DNA from: a virus
Taxonomy: Duplodnaviria; Caudoviricetes
Virus record (IMG/VR): IMGVR_UViG_3300032303_000434
Coordinates: 1-34,309 of that record
Direction: 5' to 3' (one strand)
DNA: 34,309 nt
In this document: positions 25,034 to 34,308 of the stretch, piece after piece
Numbering within the stretch: the first letter of the stretch is position 1
Layout of the letters: each line of letters begins with the position of its first letter
The notes under the pieces: model-generated
Databases searched by the model: none
The model's input: only the letters and a program-made list of their open reading frames with translations
Told to the model about the DNA's origin: nothing
Position numbers and translations under genes: made by a program

Positions 25034-25369
25034 ATGGCCGTGTCTATCAGTAACATCATCCCCGCTAAGACAGCGGAAGCAACCCAAGTGACGCAGTACA
25101 CGTCGAATGGCGTGCAGACGATCATCGACAAGTTTACTGCAACTAACTACAGCGCAACTGCCGCGACAATCAGCGTCAACCTGATTACGGCTGCGGGCTC
25201 CGCCGGCAACGACAACTTGATTGTCAAAACCAAGACGCTCCAACCAGCCGAAACATATACGTTTCCTGAACTGGTCGGTCATGTGCTTCCTAACAATGGC
25301 TTCATCAGCACTATCGCTGGTACGGCGTCGGCGATCAATATCCGCGCGTCAGGTCGGCTAGTCAGCTAA
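25034..25369 (+). CDS. Probable tail-associated structural protein (111 aa)
   Basis: AAGGA RBS; TIIDKFTATN...ETYTFPELVG..L; beta-rich. Confidence 0.7.
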   Translation: MAVSISNIIPAKTAEATQVTQYTSNGVQTIIDKFTATNYSATAATISVNLITAAGSAGNDNLIVKTKTLQPAETYTFPELVGHVLPNNGFISTIAGTASAINIRASGRLVS

Positions 25370-25911
25370 TGCAATACTTTCTGCGCCTTGCAGATAATAT
25401 AGACACTGTTCCCGTCATGCGTGAACTGGTTACGCAGCCTGAGTTGTGGAACCAGAACACGCTGCGGACGCAGCATCCCGATACGGCCCATGCTGACGTA
25501 AGCGACATTTGGCTTTGGTTCAACGAAGTACCGACTGCCCCTGAAGCGGTTGTCAACGACATACAGACCGTGCCGTATCCTGCATGGGAACGGCTGCCGT
25601 CGCTGCGCCGGCTGGTGTTAGACCTCATGCACCGGGTCAACGGTGTGCAGCTTGGTCGCTGCATTGTCACTAAGCTACCACCGGGCGGTGTCATCACGCC
25701 ACACGTTGACGGTGGTGCGCCAGCGGAGTTTTATACCCGCTATCAAATAGCACTGCAATCTCTACCGGGCGCGCTGTTTCATTCGGGTGACGAAACAGTA
25801 AACTTTTATTCTGGCGAAGTCTGGTGGGTCAATAACCGCGTACAACATTCCGTTGTCAATAACAGTGCAGATGATAGAATAGTCTGCATAGTGGACATCA
25901 GGAGCGCATAA
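25369..25911 (+). CDS. Fe(II)/2-oxoglutarate dioxygenase, aspartyl/asparaginyl beta-hydroxylase-like
   Basis: L.PGG.I.PHVD (HxD), GEVWW.NN...HSVVN (distal His), DRI (2OG-binding Arg). Confidence 0.85.
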   Translation: MQYFLRLADNIDTVPVMRELVTQPELWNQNTLRTQHPDTAHADVSDIWLWFNEVPTAPEAVVNDIQTVPYPAWERLPSLRRLVLDLMHRVNGVQLGRCIVTKLPPGGVITPHVDGGAPAEFYTRYQIALQSLPGALFHSGDETVNFYSGEVWWVNNRVQHSVVNNSADDRIVCIVDIRSA

Positions 25912-26366
25912 TGATCACAGCACAAGTTGAACCGTACAGTAAATGTTTGCCTGAGTTGATGGCCTGTTACGACCTTCACTGGGAAGAATTGGCGCTGAAC
26001 AAAGATAAAGTACCGCTTGATCCGCAATATGATTTGTATGAAGCACGCGACAATGCAGGGCAACTTTTGCTGGTCACGCTGCGCGAAACTGGCCGTTTAG
26101 TGGGGTATTTCATCGGTTTTATTGCGCCGGGCTTTCACTACAAGACGTGCTTGACGCTGACGATGGACATCTTTTGGACGCACCCAGATGTGCGTGGTGG
26201 ATTTAGTGGCGTAAAACTCTTTCGTTTAGTTGAAAAAGAGGCTAAAAGGAGAGGCGTGCATCGTATGTTTTACGGTTCCAAAATGCACAAGGACGCCTCA
26301 CGGCTGTTTCAGTTTTTAAAGATGGAGCCGGTAGAGACATATTACAGCAAGTGGATCGGGGATTAA
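25911..26366 (+). CDS. GNAT-fold acetyltransferase-like protein (position of P22 gp14)
   Basis: G.LVGY strand; DIFWTHPDVRGGFSGVKLF acetyl-CoA loop; EAKRRGV. Confidence 0.78.
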   Translation: MITAQVEPYSKCLPELMACYDLHWEELALNKDKVPLDPQYDLYEARDNAGQLLLVTLRETGRLVGYFIGFIAPGFHYKTCLTLTMDIFWTHPDVRGGFSGVKLFRLVEKEAKRRGVHRMFYGSKMHKDASRLFQFLKMEPVETYYSKWIGD

Positions 26367-26367
26367 C

Positions 26368-27333
26368 ATGGTCGCAGTAGCAATTATTGGGTCGGCGGTC
26401 GTAGGCGGCGCAGCAAGCGCGATTGGGTCTAGCAAAGCGTCTAAGGCACAAGTGCAGGCGTCTGAAGACGCAACCGCTGCCCAAGAGCGTATGTTTGCCG
26501 AGCAGAACAAACTGCAAGAACCATTCCGTCAGGGCGGTTTGACAGCGCAAAATCGAATAATGGAGTTGCTAGGTTTGAGTGCGGCGCCGTCAGCGGCAGG
26601 CGCCGCGCCGGATTGGAACCAGTACCTGACCGCCAACCCTGACGTGAAGCAAACGTACGACGCCGGTGTGGACAAGAGCCAGTTCCCGACGCCGCAGAGT
26701 TTCGCGCAGTGGCACTACCAGACCTACGGCCAGAACGAAGGCCGCGCGGCTCCCACCGCGCCTGCGGGCGGCGCTAACGCAGCGCCGTCTGACTTTGGTA
26801 AATACGCCCGCGACTTTGGTGCATCAGACTTTGAAGAAGACCCGGGCTATGCGTTCCGTCAGTCAGAAGGTATGAAGGCGCTAGAACGGTCAGCAGCAGC
26901 GCGCGGCAATTTACTATCCGGTTCCACCTTAAAGGGTGTGCAGCGTTTTGGGCAGGACTTAGCCAGCCAAGAGTATCAAAACGCATTTAACCGCTATCAG
27001 GTAAACCGTTCTAACCAGCTTAACCCTCTTCAATCGCTAATGGGTTCAGGTCAATCAGCTACAAATGTGCTTACGGGCGCGGCTGGGCAAGCGGGGCAAA
27101 ACGAGGCGTCAAACATCTACAATGCTGGCGCGGCCCGCGCGTCTGGCTACGTTGGCCAGACTAACGCATTGACAAACGCTCTAGGCCAAGTTGGTTCATA
27201 TGCAGCTAACGCACCAATCAACAATGCACTGATTAAATACTATACCAACGCAACACCCGGCGCTGGCGCTGGCGCCGGCGGCAGTTTCGGTTCCAGCACT
27301 GGCAATTATCTACCCGGCGTCCCAAGAGGTTAA
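26368..27333 (+). CDS. DNA ejection (pilot) protein, P22 gp7-like
   Basis: Hydrophobic Gly/Ala N-terminus; PFRQGG, DPGYAFR..EG, SAAARG.L.SG.TLK motifs. Confidence 0.82.
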   Translation: MVAVAIIGSAVVGGAASAIGSSKASKAQVQASEDATAAQERMFAEQNKLQEPFRQGGLTAQNRIMELLGLSAAPSAAGAAPDWNQYLTANPDVKQTYDAGVDKSQFPTPQSFAQWHYQTYGQNEGRAAPTAPAGGANAAPSDFGKYARDFGASDFEEDPGYAFRQSEGMKALERSAAARGNLLSGSTLKGVQRFGQDLASQEYQNAFNRYQVNRSNQLNPLQSLMGSGQSATNVLTGAAGQAGQNEASNIYNAGAARASGYVGQTNALTNALGQVGSYAANAPINNALIKYYTNATPGAGAGAGGSFGSSTGNYLPGVPRG

Positions 27334-27337
27334 TGAT

Positions 27338-29155
27338 ATGCCAAACCAAATGATAGCCCTTCAGACACGCAATCCACAGCTTCCCGATGGTTCGCGGCAG
27401 ATGGCGCAATATGCAAACATGATGAACATGGCGCGGCAGTCAGAAGCCGCGCAGCTTCAAGGCCAACGCGCGCGTCAGGAAATGGAATACGCAAAGGCCG
27501 CCGAAGGGCGGGCAGTTGCTGGTGAAGGTCGTGCTGCGGACAAGTTTGGTTTGGAGCAAGCTACGGCCAGAGTGTCCGCGGTTGGCAGCGGTTTAATAGG
27601 TATGCTGCGCGACCCAAGCGATGCAAACCTAGCCCAAACAGCGCAAACTTTTGCTGCAGTTGGTATGGACCCTAAAGAGTATACGGGGGTATTATCTCAA
27701 ATGGCTGGTATGACTGACCTAAATGAGCGTAAATTGTATGCTTTACATTTTATTTCACAATCTGATGCAGCGCGGGCCACACTTAAAAATGTTATGCCTG
27801 ACGTAAAATCAGAAAAAGTTGGTGACGCCACTGTATTTTACGATAACAATCCTAACTCGGTCACTAATGGACAGGAATTGTTCCGGTTCACTGCGCCCGC
27901 AGAACCTGTTAAGATGAACCAGCAAGTTGTTGATAACACGCTATATAACATAAACCCTGTTACTGGTGTCGCCGCTGAAGCCCTTACTGGCGACCCAACT
28001 CAAAATCTTACTACCCCTTCGCGTCAACCTACTTTTGCCAGTACTGGCGTTAGGTCGCCATACGCCGTTGGTGCCGGTACCGGCGCAAACATATCACAGC
28101 CGTCGATGGCGCCGCCCGCACAGGCAGTTGGAATTCCTGTCGGCGGTCCGCGCGGCGCACCGGGTCAAGGTAACACTGCTGATGTTGTGTATGGGTTTGG
28201 CAAATATGGTTCACCGTCAAAGCCCCTTTCGCAGTCTACCATAGGTGAAGTGCAGGACTTCCAGCGCAACACGCTTATCCCTAACACACGCGGTAAAGTT
28301 GGCGCTGGCCCTGATAAGGGTACGGGCGCTGTCGGTACGTACCAACTTGTCTACGACACACTTAAAAACTACGCGCCAAAGGTTCTTGGCCCTAACTGGC
28401 GCAACGCAACGTTCACCGCAGACGTTCAAGATCAAATTGCAAAAGCTATCTATGACGATGTTAAAGGTGGCAACCTTAAAGATACTTGGGCCGGCTTGCC
28501 TAGCAACCGTCCGGGCCAGTATGCAAACGTGCCGTGGGAACAGGTGCGTGATAAGATCATTAATGTTGAAAGCGTTGGCAGACGCAAACCCACTGGCACG
28601 CCTACACGCACAGGCGGTACTGGCATACCTACCGGCGCGCCCAAAACTATCAGCGAACAGCAGCGGCAGAAAGGGTTTGTAAAAACTCTTGAGTTGTTTG
28701 ACTACGACCCGAAGACAGGCGTAGACTCAATTACACCTTTAATTAAGGCATCCACCAGCGGCGGTTTAGAAAAAATAGGTTCTGACATAGTAGGGTTTTT
28801 TGGTACGGCTACGCCGGGGCGCGTAGCCTTGGGTCAGCTATCCACGTTAAAAGATAGCATGACGTTTACAAAACTGCGTGAAAAGTTAGGCGCGCAAATT
28901 TCAGACGCGGATGTTAGGTTAGTAGCCAACACAATGGGCGACATAGCCAACGCGGACATCCCTGCTAACGAGCGTTTGGCAAAATGGCAAAACGTAGTCT
29001 TGCCAATACTTGTGCGCGGCGCGGGCATGACTTACGTAAAACCAACTGGCGGCGGCACAAAAGTAATTAAAACTTTAACGCCAGCACAAGCCCGCGCGGC
29101 GCCAAGCGGTACGGTTTATAAAACCACGGACGGGCGAAAGTTGACCAAGCCATGA
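27338..29155 (+). CDS. Ejection protein with internal lysozyme-like (lambda R/GH104-like) domain
   Basis: Position after the gp7-like gene; GAVGTYQLVYDT, FTADVQDQIA and TWAGLP motifs. Confidence 0.7.
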   Translation: MPNQMIALQTRNPQLPDGSRQMAQYANMMNMARQSEAAQLQGQRARQEMEYAKAAEGRAVAGEGRAADKFGLEQATARVSAVGSGLIGMLRDPSDANLAQTAQTFAAVGMDPKEYTGVLSQMAGMTDLNERKLYALHFISQSDAARATLKNVMPDVKSEKVGDATVFYDNNPNSVTNGQELFRFTAPAEPVKMNQQVVDNTLYNINPVTGVAAEALTGDPTQNLTTPSRQPTFASTGVRSPYAVGAGTGANISQPSMAPPAQAVGIPVGGPRGAPGQGNTADVVYGFGKYGSPSKPLSQSTIGEVQDFQRNTLIPNTRGKVGAGPDKGTGAVGTYQLVYDTLKNYAPKVLGPNWRNATFTADVQDQIAKAIYDDVKGGNLKDTWAGLPSNRPGQYANVPWEQVRDKIINVESVGRRKPTGTPTRTGGTGIPTGAPKTISEQQRQKGFVKTLELFDYDPKTGVDSITPLIKASTSGGLEKIGSDIVGFFGTATPGRVALGQLSTLKDSMTFTKLREKLGAQISDADVRLVANTMGDIANADIPANERLAKWQNVVLPILVRGAGMTYVKPTGGGTKVIKTLTPAQARAAPSGTVYKTTDGRKLTKP

Positions 29156-30771
29156 AAAAAGATGACCCTTACGCAGGGTTAGGCGCCGAAATAGCCGCAG
29201 ACGCAGACCCTTACGCGGGGTTGTTTGTTGTTGAAGAGCCAAACCGCACAGGCATGGACAAAGCTACGCAAGTGGCTGGTGTTACCACAGACGCGTTTCT
29301 GCCTTACGCAACGGCAGCAGGACTCGGCGCGGCGGCTACTGGTATCCCCACGGGCGGGCTCGGCGCACCATTTGGTGCGGGTGCGGGTATGTTGGCGCTA
29401 GGCGTCGGCGATCTTGGCACAAGCATATACAACTTAGGTGCATCGCTATTCAACGGCGAACGTATGCAGTTGCCGTCGGAGACTATTAGCAAAGCATACA
29501 GGAGCGTTGGCATTGGCCGCGCTCCAGAGACAACCGGCGAACGCGTCTACAGCGACACTCTAAAAGCAGCCGTTGGTGGCGGTAGTACAGCTAAAGGTTT
29601 TCAGCTTGCAGAAAATGTAGCTACATCACCGCAGACGCGGAACTTTATGAATATGATGGGCCAAAACATTAGAGGCCAAGTCGGCGCGTCCGCTGCTAGT
29701 GGCGCGGCGCCATCTGTAGCGTCGAACTACTTTGACGTTACAAACCCATACGCATTAACTGCGCTTTCGTTAGCCAGCGGCGTTGCTGGGGGCAAAATGG
29801 CTACGCCTAGCGTTAAGCCTGTAACTGCCGCCGCGCTAAAACAAGAGTCCGACAATCTTTATCTTCAAATGCGGAACGAAAACGTTAATGTCGCGCCGCA
29901 AGCAATGACGGATTTGGATACTGCTGTCCGCGCAAAAATAGGTACTTTGCGGTATGATCCGCATATACACCCCATGGTCACCGAAGCGTTAAAAGTATTA
30001 GGTTTAAAGGCTGGGCAGCCCATATCATTTGATATGTTGGATGAGTTTAGAAAATATGTCCGCGATTTACCTTATACTGAAGGTGGAAAACCGCGCGGCA
30101 CACCTACAGAACGGGCAATAATCTCGGATATTGACCACACCATAGATGATTACATGAAAAAGTTGACGCCCGCGCAAACAACATCTGGCAATTCAGCATC
30201 AGCGTCTGCACTTCTTCAAAAAGCGCGTGAAGTCGGCGCGCGTAGGTATCAAACTGAAACGTTGGAAGATGCGTTTACACGCGCATCTAATGCGTCAAAA
30301 CGTCAAGATAACCCTAAATCATTTGCTGCGGGCTTGCGGTCTGAATTTAAACGGATTGCCGACAATCCACGTCAAATAGCAAAGTTTGACGCGGCAACAC
30401 AAAAGCTAATCCGAAAAGTCGCCGACGGCACTATCACGCAAAAGGGCTTGCAAGCGATAGGAAAATTAGCGCCTAGTGCGCTTTTGTTTAAAGTAAACTT
30501 AAATAGTGCAGGCATAGGCGCAAAAAACTTGGGTTATGGCGCGGGCGCCGCGCTTGCGCCGGGGCCAACGGCGTTGGTGGCAGGAACCACCCTAGGCGCA
30601 AAAGGTATTGCAAACCAGATGACTAAAAGCCAAGTAAACCGTGCGCTCGTTAGTGCTGCTCAACCCGGCAGCAGCGGTATAAGACCCGGAGGCAGCGGAT
30701 ATTTTCTTCTTTCGCCCTCGGCGCAACAAAACGTAATAGCCCAAGACCGCGCTAAAAGCCGGAAACGTTAA
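29152..30771 (+). CDS. Ejection/DNA transfer protein
   Basis: DPYAGL repeats at the N-terminus; Gly/Ala-rich hydrophobic segments; last gene of the virion block. Confidence 0.65.
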   Translation: MKKDDPYAGLGAEIAADADPYAGLFVVEEPNRTGMDKATQVAGVTTDAFLPYATAAGLGAAATGIPTGGLGAPFGAGAGMLALGVGDLGTSIYNLGASLFNGERMQLPSETISKAYRSVGIGRAPETTGERVYSDTLKAAVGGGSTAKGFQLAENVATSPQTRNFMNMMGQNIRGQVGASAASGAAPSVASNYFDVTNPYALTALSLASGVAGGKMATPSVKPVTAAALKQESDNLYLQMRNENVNVAPQAMTDLDTAVRAKIGTLRYDPHIHPMVTEALKVLGLKAGQPISFDMLDEFRKYVRDLPYTEGGKPRGTPTERAIISDIDHTIDDYMKKLTPAQTTSGNSASASALLQKAREVGARRYQTETLEDAFTRASNASKRQDNPKSFAAGLRSEFKRIADNPRQIAKFDAATQKLIRKVADGTITQKGLQAIGKLAPSALLFKVNLNSAGIGAKNLGYGAGAALAPGPTALVAGTTLGAKGIANQMTKSQVNRALVSAAQPGSSGIRPGGSGYFLLSPSAQQNVIAQDRAKSRKR

Positions 30772-30789
30772 CTAGTAAAAGGTAGTATC

Positions 30790-30960
30790 ATGGCTAACAT
30801 TGACGAAACCCAAGCACAACTCAACACGCACGAACAAGTTTGTGCATTTCGTTATGAAAGCATCTGTGCGCGCATGAAGCGTCTGGAGAGCGTTGGTATG
30901 ACTGCTGCGGGTACAATCATCATGCTATTGATTGGCATATTGATGCGAGGCGCTCTATGA
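30790..30960 (+). CDS. Small coiled-coil protein with C-terminal membrane anchor in the lysis region (56 aa; not in ORF track)
   Basis: HEQVCAFRYESI.ARMKRLE followed by hydrophobic GTIIMLLIGILM; ATGA overlap with the endolysin. Confidence 0.7.
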   Translation: MANIDETQAQLNTHEQVCAFRYESICARMKRLESVGMTAAGTIIMLLIGILMRGAL

Positions 30961-31349
30961 CTATTGTTCTAGGCGCACGGTCACTGGCGCGCCTTGAAGG
31001 CGTCCACCCTGACCTAGTACGCGTTGTAAAAAAGGCGGCTGCACTGTCAGACCTTGACTTTACGGTATTAGAAGGTCTACGTAGTGTAGAACGACAGAAA
31101 CAGCTAGTAGCCCAAGGCGCATCTAAGACGATGAACTCACGGCACATCACTGGTCACGCTGTCGATCTGGCGCCAATGATAGGCGGCGAAGTGAGATGGG
31201 ATTGGCCGCTGTATCATAAGCTGGCTAAAATAATTAAGGCCGCTGCGGCGGATGAGAAAGTCCCGCTTCAATGGGGCGGAGATTGGCGCGCGTTCAAGGA
31301 CGGCCCACACTGGGAACTGCCTTGGAAGTTTTATCCGAAGGGAAAATGA
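30957..31349 (+). CDS. Endolysin, peptidase M15 family (L-Ala-D-Glu peptidase-like)
   Basis: EGLRS.ERQ, SRH..GHAVD, WGGDW..FKDGPHWE Zn-peptidase motifs. Confidence 0.92.
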   Translation: MTIVLGARSLARLEGVHPDLVRVVKKAAALSDLDFTVLEGLRSVERQKQLVAQGASKTMNSRHITGHAVDLAPMIGGEVRWDWPLYHKLAKIIKAAAADEKVPLQWGGDWRAFKDGPHWELPWKFYPKGK

Positions 31350-31350
31350 C

Positions 31351-31533
31351 ATGAAATTTGTATCTTGGTTACTTCAGCGTCTTAAAGAGCCTAGCACCTA
31401 TGCAGGCTTCGCGGGTCTTGCGCTGGCATTTGGTTTGTCTGGCGAAGAGTGGACTACAATCTACACAGCGATTGCCGGATTGGCGAGTGTAGCGGCTATG
31501 TTTTTAGTTGAGTCGCCGCCACCAGCCGCATGA
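31351..31533 (+). CDS. Putative holin (60 aa, two hydrophobic segments)
   Basis: ATG 31351; RLKEPSTYAG followed by two TM-like stretches; follows the endolysin. Confidence 0.65.
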   Translation: MKFVSWLLQRLKEPSTYAGFAGLALAFGLSGEEWTTIYTAIAGLASVAAMFLVESPPPAA

Positions 31534-31745
31534 TAAAGCTACTCTCGTCTTTGCTGTCGCTGCTCGACCGCCTTTGGGCGGCGTGGAGTGATAGTAAACT
31601 GCGGCAGCAAGGACGAGCAGCTACGGTCAAGGAAATGAACGATGAAATTAATCGGCAAATCGAACTTGGCGCTGCTGCTACTAGCGTCCCCGATCCTGAC
31701 CGCACTGAGCGGCTGCGCGACCGTTTCGACCGTTCCCGTAAATAG
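31530..31745 (+). CDS. Putative inner-membrane spanin (Rz-like)
   Basis: Hydrophobic/amphipathic N-terminus and helical body; overlapped by a lipoprotein gene. Confidence 0.55.
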   Translation: MIKLLSSLLSLLDRLWAAWSDSKLRQQGRAATVKEMNDEINRQIELGAAATSVPDPDRTERLRDRFDRSRK

Positions 31746-31875
31746 CTATTGTGCTATTGCGAAACCTATCAGTTACGACGCAACAAAAGATACACCAGAA
31801 ACTGTCAAAGAAATAGAGGCGCATAACAGCGCCTTTGTTTGTATCTGCGAGGCTGATTGCCCGAAAGGCAAATAA
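31642..31875 (+). CDS. Putative outer-membrane spanin lipoprotein (Rz1-like)
   Basis: Signal peptide with lipobox LSG-C; +1 frame overlap with the Rz-like gene. Confidence 0.7.
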   Translation: MKLIGKSNLALLLLASPILTALSGCATVSTVPVNSYCAIAKPISYDATKDTPETVKEIEAHNSAFVCICEADCPKGK

Positions 31876-33069
31876 ATGCCGTCATCTATATCTATAGACC
31901 CAAACTTGTACAACTATTGTACGCCCCGCCAACGTCAGATGCTGGAAGCCATTGAAGAACACGGCGGCGCTAGGGCTGCGTCACTAGCATTGGGTGTCAA
32001 CATGGGCGCCGCAAGCGATGCCTACGTAGCAGTTAAAAAGAAAGCGTCGATGCAGGGCTACGCGCCAGAGCATGACTTCATACGGCCAGTGCCGCAAGGC
32101 TATGTCACTAAGGGCGTGTCAACCTACTACAACTCCGAAGGCAAGCCATCAGGCCAGTGGGTCAAGGCATCACTAACGCATGAGGCGCTTGTTGACGCCA
32201 TGCGTGAGACTGTCGCTGGCTTCAAGGATCAGATACAGCCGGCGGACATTGTCGTTGCGCCAGCGGCTACCGAAGAGCATCTGTGCAACTTGTATACCTT
32301 CACCGACTACCACCTTGGTATGCTGGCATGGCATAAAGAAGGCGGCGCGGATTGGGACATCAGCACTGCGGAAAAAACTATCCTTGCGGCGTTGGCGCAG
32401 ATGGTCAACCAAAGCCCAAGCGCCCACACAGCAGTGCTTAATATCCAAGGCGACTTCCTGCACACCGACGGTAAGACACCTGTGACGCCAGCATCTAAAC
32501 ACGTTCTGGACGCTGACAGCCGCTTTCCAAAGATACGCCGCGCAGCCATACGGATTATTCGCTCATTGATGGCGGTCTGTTTGCAACGGCATCAAGAAGT
32601 CTATCTGATTATAGCTGAAGGCAATCACGACGAAGAGAGCGCCGGATGGCTGGCCGACCTGTTCGCGGTGCATTACGAAGAAGAGCCGCGCGTCACTGTC
32701 AACGACACCGTCCTGCCGTTCTACGTCTTTGAGTGGGGCAACACCATGCTAGGCGTCCACCACGGCCACAAGGTCAAAAACGAATCACTGCCGCTGCTGT
32801 TCGCCGCGCAGTTTCCGCAACAGTGGGGCAGGACTACACGCAGAGAAATACACTGCGGCCACCGTCACCACCGCGATGAAAAAGAATATAATGGTGTGAC
32901 AGTTGTGCAACACCCGACACTTGCTGCGCGAGATGCCTACGCTGCGCGCGGCGGCTGGATTGCAGATCGTGCGGCTTGGGCCATCACGTACCATAAAGAG
33001 TACGGCGCAGTGGGCCGCGTCATGGTAACAACTGAAATGCTAGGTGCGCCGGGCCATCAAGCGGCCTAG
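31876..33069 (+). CDS. Calcineurin-like metallophosphoesterase with N-terminal HTH-like region
   Basis: DYHLG, GDFLH, GNHD, HHGH and GHRHH motifs; N-terminal TPRQ...GARAASLALGV. Confidence 0.82.
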   Translation: MPSSISIDPNLYNYCTPRQRQMLEAIEEHGGARAASLALGVNMGAASDAYVAVKKKASMQGYAPEHDFIRPVPQGYVTKGVSTYYNSEGKPSGQWVKASLTHEALVDAMRETVAGFKDQIQPADIVVAPAATEEHLCNLYTFTDYHLGMLAWHKEGGADWDISTAEKTILAALAQMVNQSPSAHTAVLNIQGDFLHTDGKTPVTPASKHVLDADSRFPKIRRAAIRIIRSLMAVCLQRHQEVYLIIAEGNHDEESAGWLADLFAVHYEEEPRVTVNDTVLPFYVFEWGNTMLGVHHGHKVKNESLPLLFAAQFPQQWGRTTRREIHCGHRHHRDEKEYNGVTVVQHPTLAARDAYAARGGWIADRAAWAITYHKEYGAVGRVMVTTEMLGAPGHQAA

Positions 33070-33171
33070 TAGTATCACCGCCTCGCCTAAGTCTTCTGGC
33101 GCATGGCCTGCTTGCAGCAAGGCAAGTATCTTTTCTAATGCCTCCGCTGCGGCTGCCGCATGGTCTGTCAT
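33040..33171 (-). CDS. Hypothetical protein (43 aa; not in ORF track)
   Basis: MTDHAAAAAEALEKILALLQAG...; ATGA overlap with the upstream gene. Confidence 0.5.
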   Translation of the reverse strand: MTDHAAAAAEALEKILALLQAGHAPEDLGEAVILLGRLMARRT

Positions 33172-33359
33172 TTCTTCAGCCCTATCATAATCTCGACGCG
33201 CTCCCGCGCTGTACGCATCGCAGAGTAACGCTGGTGCAGTCGCCGGGCAATGGCTGGACGCTTGTGCGTCTTCAGTTCAGCGTCCAGCGCCTGCTTTAGC
33301 TGGTCTTCCGTAAGGTCAGACAGCACGGCAATCATTGACCGCCAGTTTAATTTACTCAT
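33168..33359 (-). CDS. Hypothetical protein (63 aa)
   Basis: GAGGA RBS; overlaps the helicase stop; RLHQRY..R..RER motif. Confidence 0.7.
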   Translation of the reverse strand: MSKLNWRSMIAVLSDLTEDQLKQALDAELKTHKRPAIARRLHQRYSAMRTARERVEIMIGLKK

Positions 33360-34308
33360 TTTTTAATTCCTCTAGTGCTATGTCGGACACTGCACGCTTG
33401 TCGTGCAGCGCCGCCCATATGCGTTCATCAATACTCTTTTCGGTTAGCATCACATAGACCCAGACATCTTTTGTCTGGCCGCTGCGGTGCAGGCGTCCGA
33501 CAGTCTGTTCGTACAACTCCAGCGACCACGGCAGCGACAGGAACACCATGTGGCAGCCACCATGCTGTAGGTTCAGGCCATGCCCTGCCGACTTAGGGTG
33601 GGCCAACAGCAACTCGACCTCGCCTGCGTTCCAGCGTTCGATAATGTTGTCATCATCCATCGTCTTTGCGTGTGGGAAGCGGCGCTTTAGTTCTGCCAAC
33701 TCTTCTTGATAGGTATACGCTACTAGCGTATTCGCCCGTTGGTTCTCTGCCAGCAACTCTTCCAGCCTGTCAAACTTGTGGCTGCTGAACCATATCGAAC
33801 CGGGGCCAGCGTCGCGGTTGTAGACAAAGCCAGACGCCATCTGTTGCAGTTTGGTCGTTACCGCGGCTGCGTTCTGCGCTACGATCTGGTCTTCGCCGAA
33901 GCGCACGACATAGTCACGCTTCATCTTTTCGTATGGCGCGCGGTCATCCAGCGGCACGCGTACCTCTGTGACATGGCACGGCGGCAGCTTGTCCTTGTAC
34001 TCGCCCGGCTCCAGCACAAACGTTGCAGGGCGTATGCGGGACATGACCTGTTCAAGCGCGCCGGCTGCTGGAACCCATTGCCCAAAGTCGCGGTTGGTGC
34101 AGATAAAATACTGTTGCAGAAACGCGCCCTTGGCGCGGCCCAACAACTCTTGGTTAATTATCTTGCACTGCCCAAAGACATCCTCCAGCCCGTTCGACGT
34201 AAACGATCCTGTCAGTCCCCACCTTATCCTCATCGTAGACATAATTTTCTCCATCGCCTTATAGCGTTTGCCTGACGGGTTCTTCAGCCGCGTCAGTTCG
34301 TCAAACAC
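33352..34308 (-). CDS. SNF2-family (SF2) helicase, 5'-truncated
   Basis: FDE motif II, GLTGS motif III, KLQQMASGFVY, HPKSAGHGLNLQ motif V, Q..GRLHRSGQ motif VI. Confidence 0.92.
   Translation of the reverse strand: MFDELTRLKNPSGKRYKAMEKIMSTMRIRWGLTGSFTSNGLEDVFGQCKIINQELLGRAKGAFLQQYFICTNRDFGQWVPAAGALEQVMSRIRPATFVLEPGEYKDKLPPCHVTEVRVPLDDRAPYEKMKRDYVVRFGEDQIVAQNAAAVTTKLQQMASGFVYNRDAGPGSIWFSSHKFDRLEELLAENQRANTLVAYTYQEELAELKRRFPHAKTMDDDNIIERWNAGEVELLLAHPKSAGHGLNLQHGGCHMVFLSLPWSLELYEQTVGRLHRSGQTKDVWVYVMLTEKSIDERIWAALHDKRAVSDIALEELKNE

Noticed and set aside
28145-28171. Collagen-like GPRGAPGQG as hydroxylase substrate
   Set aside because: Only three triplets, too short for a triple helix
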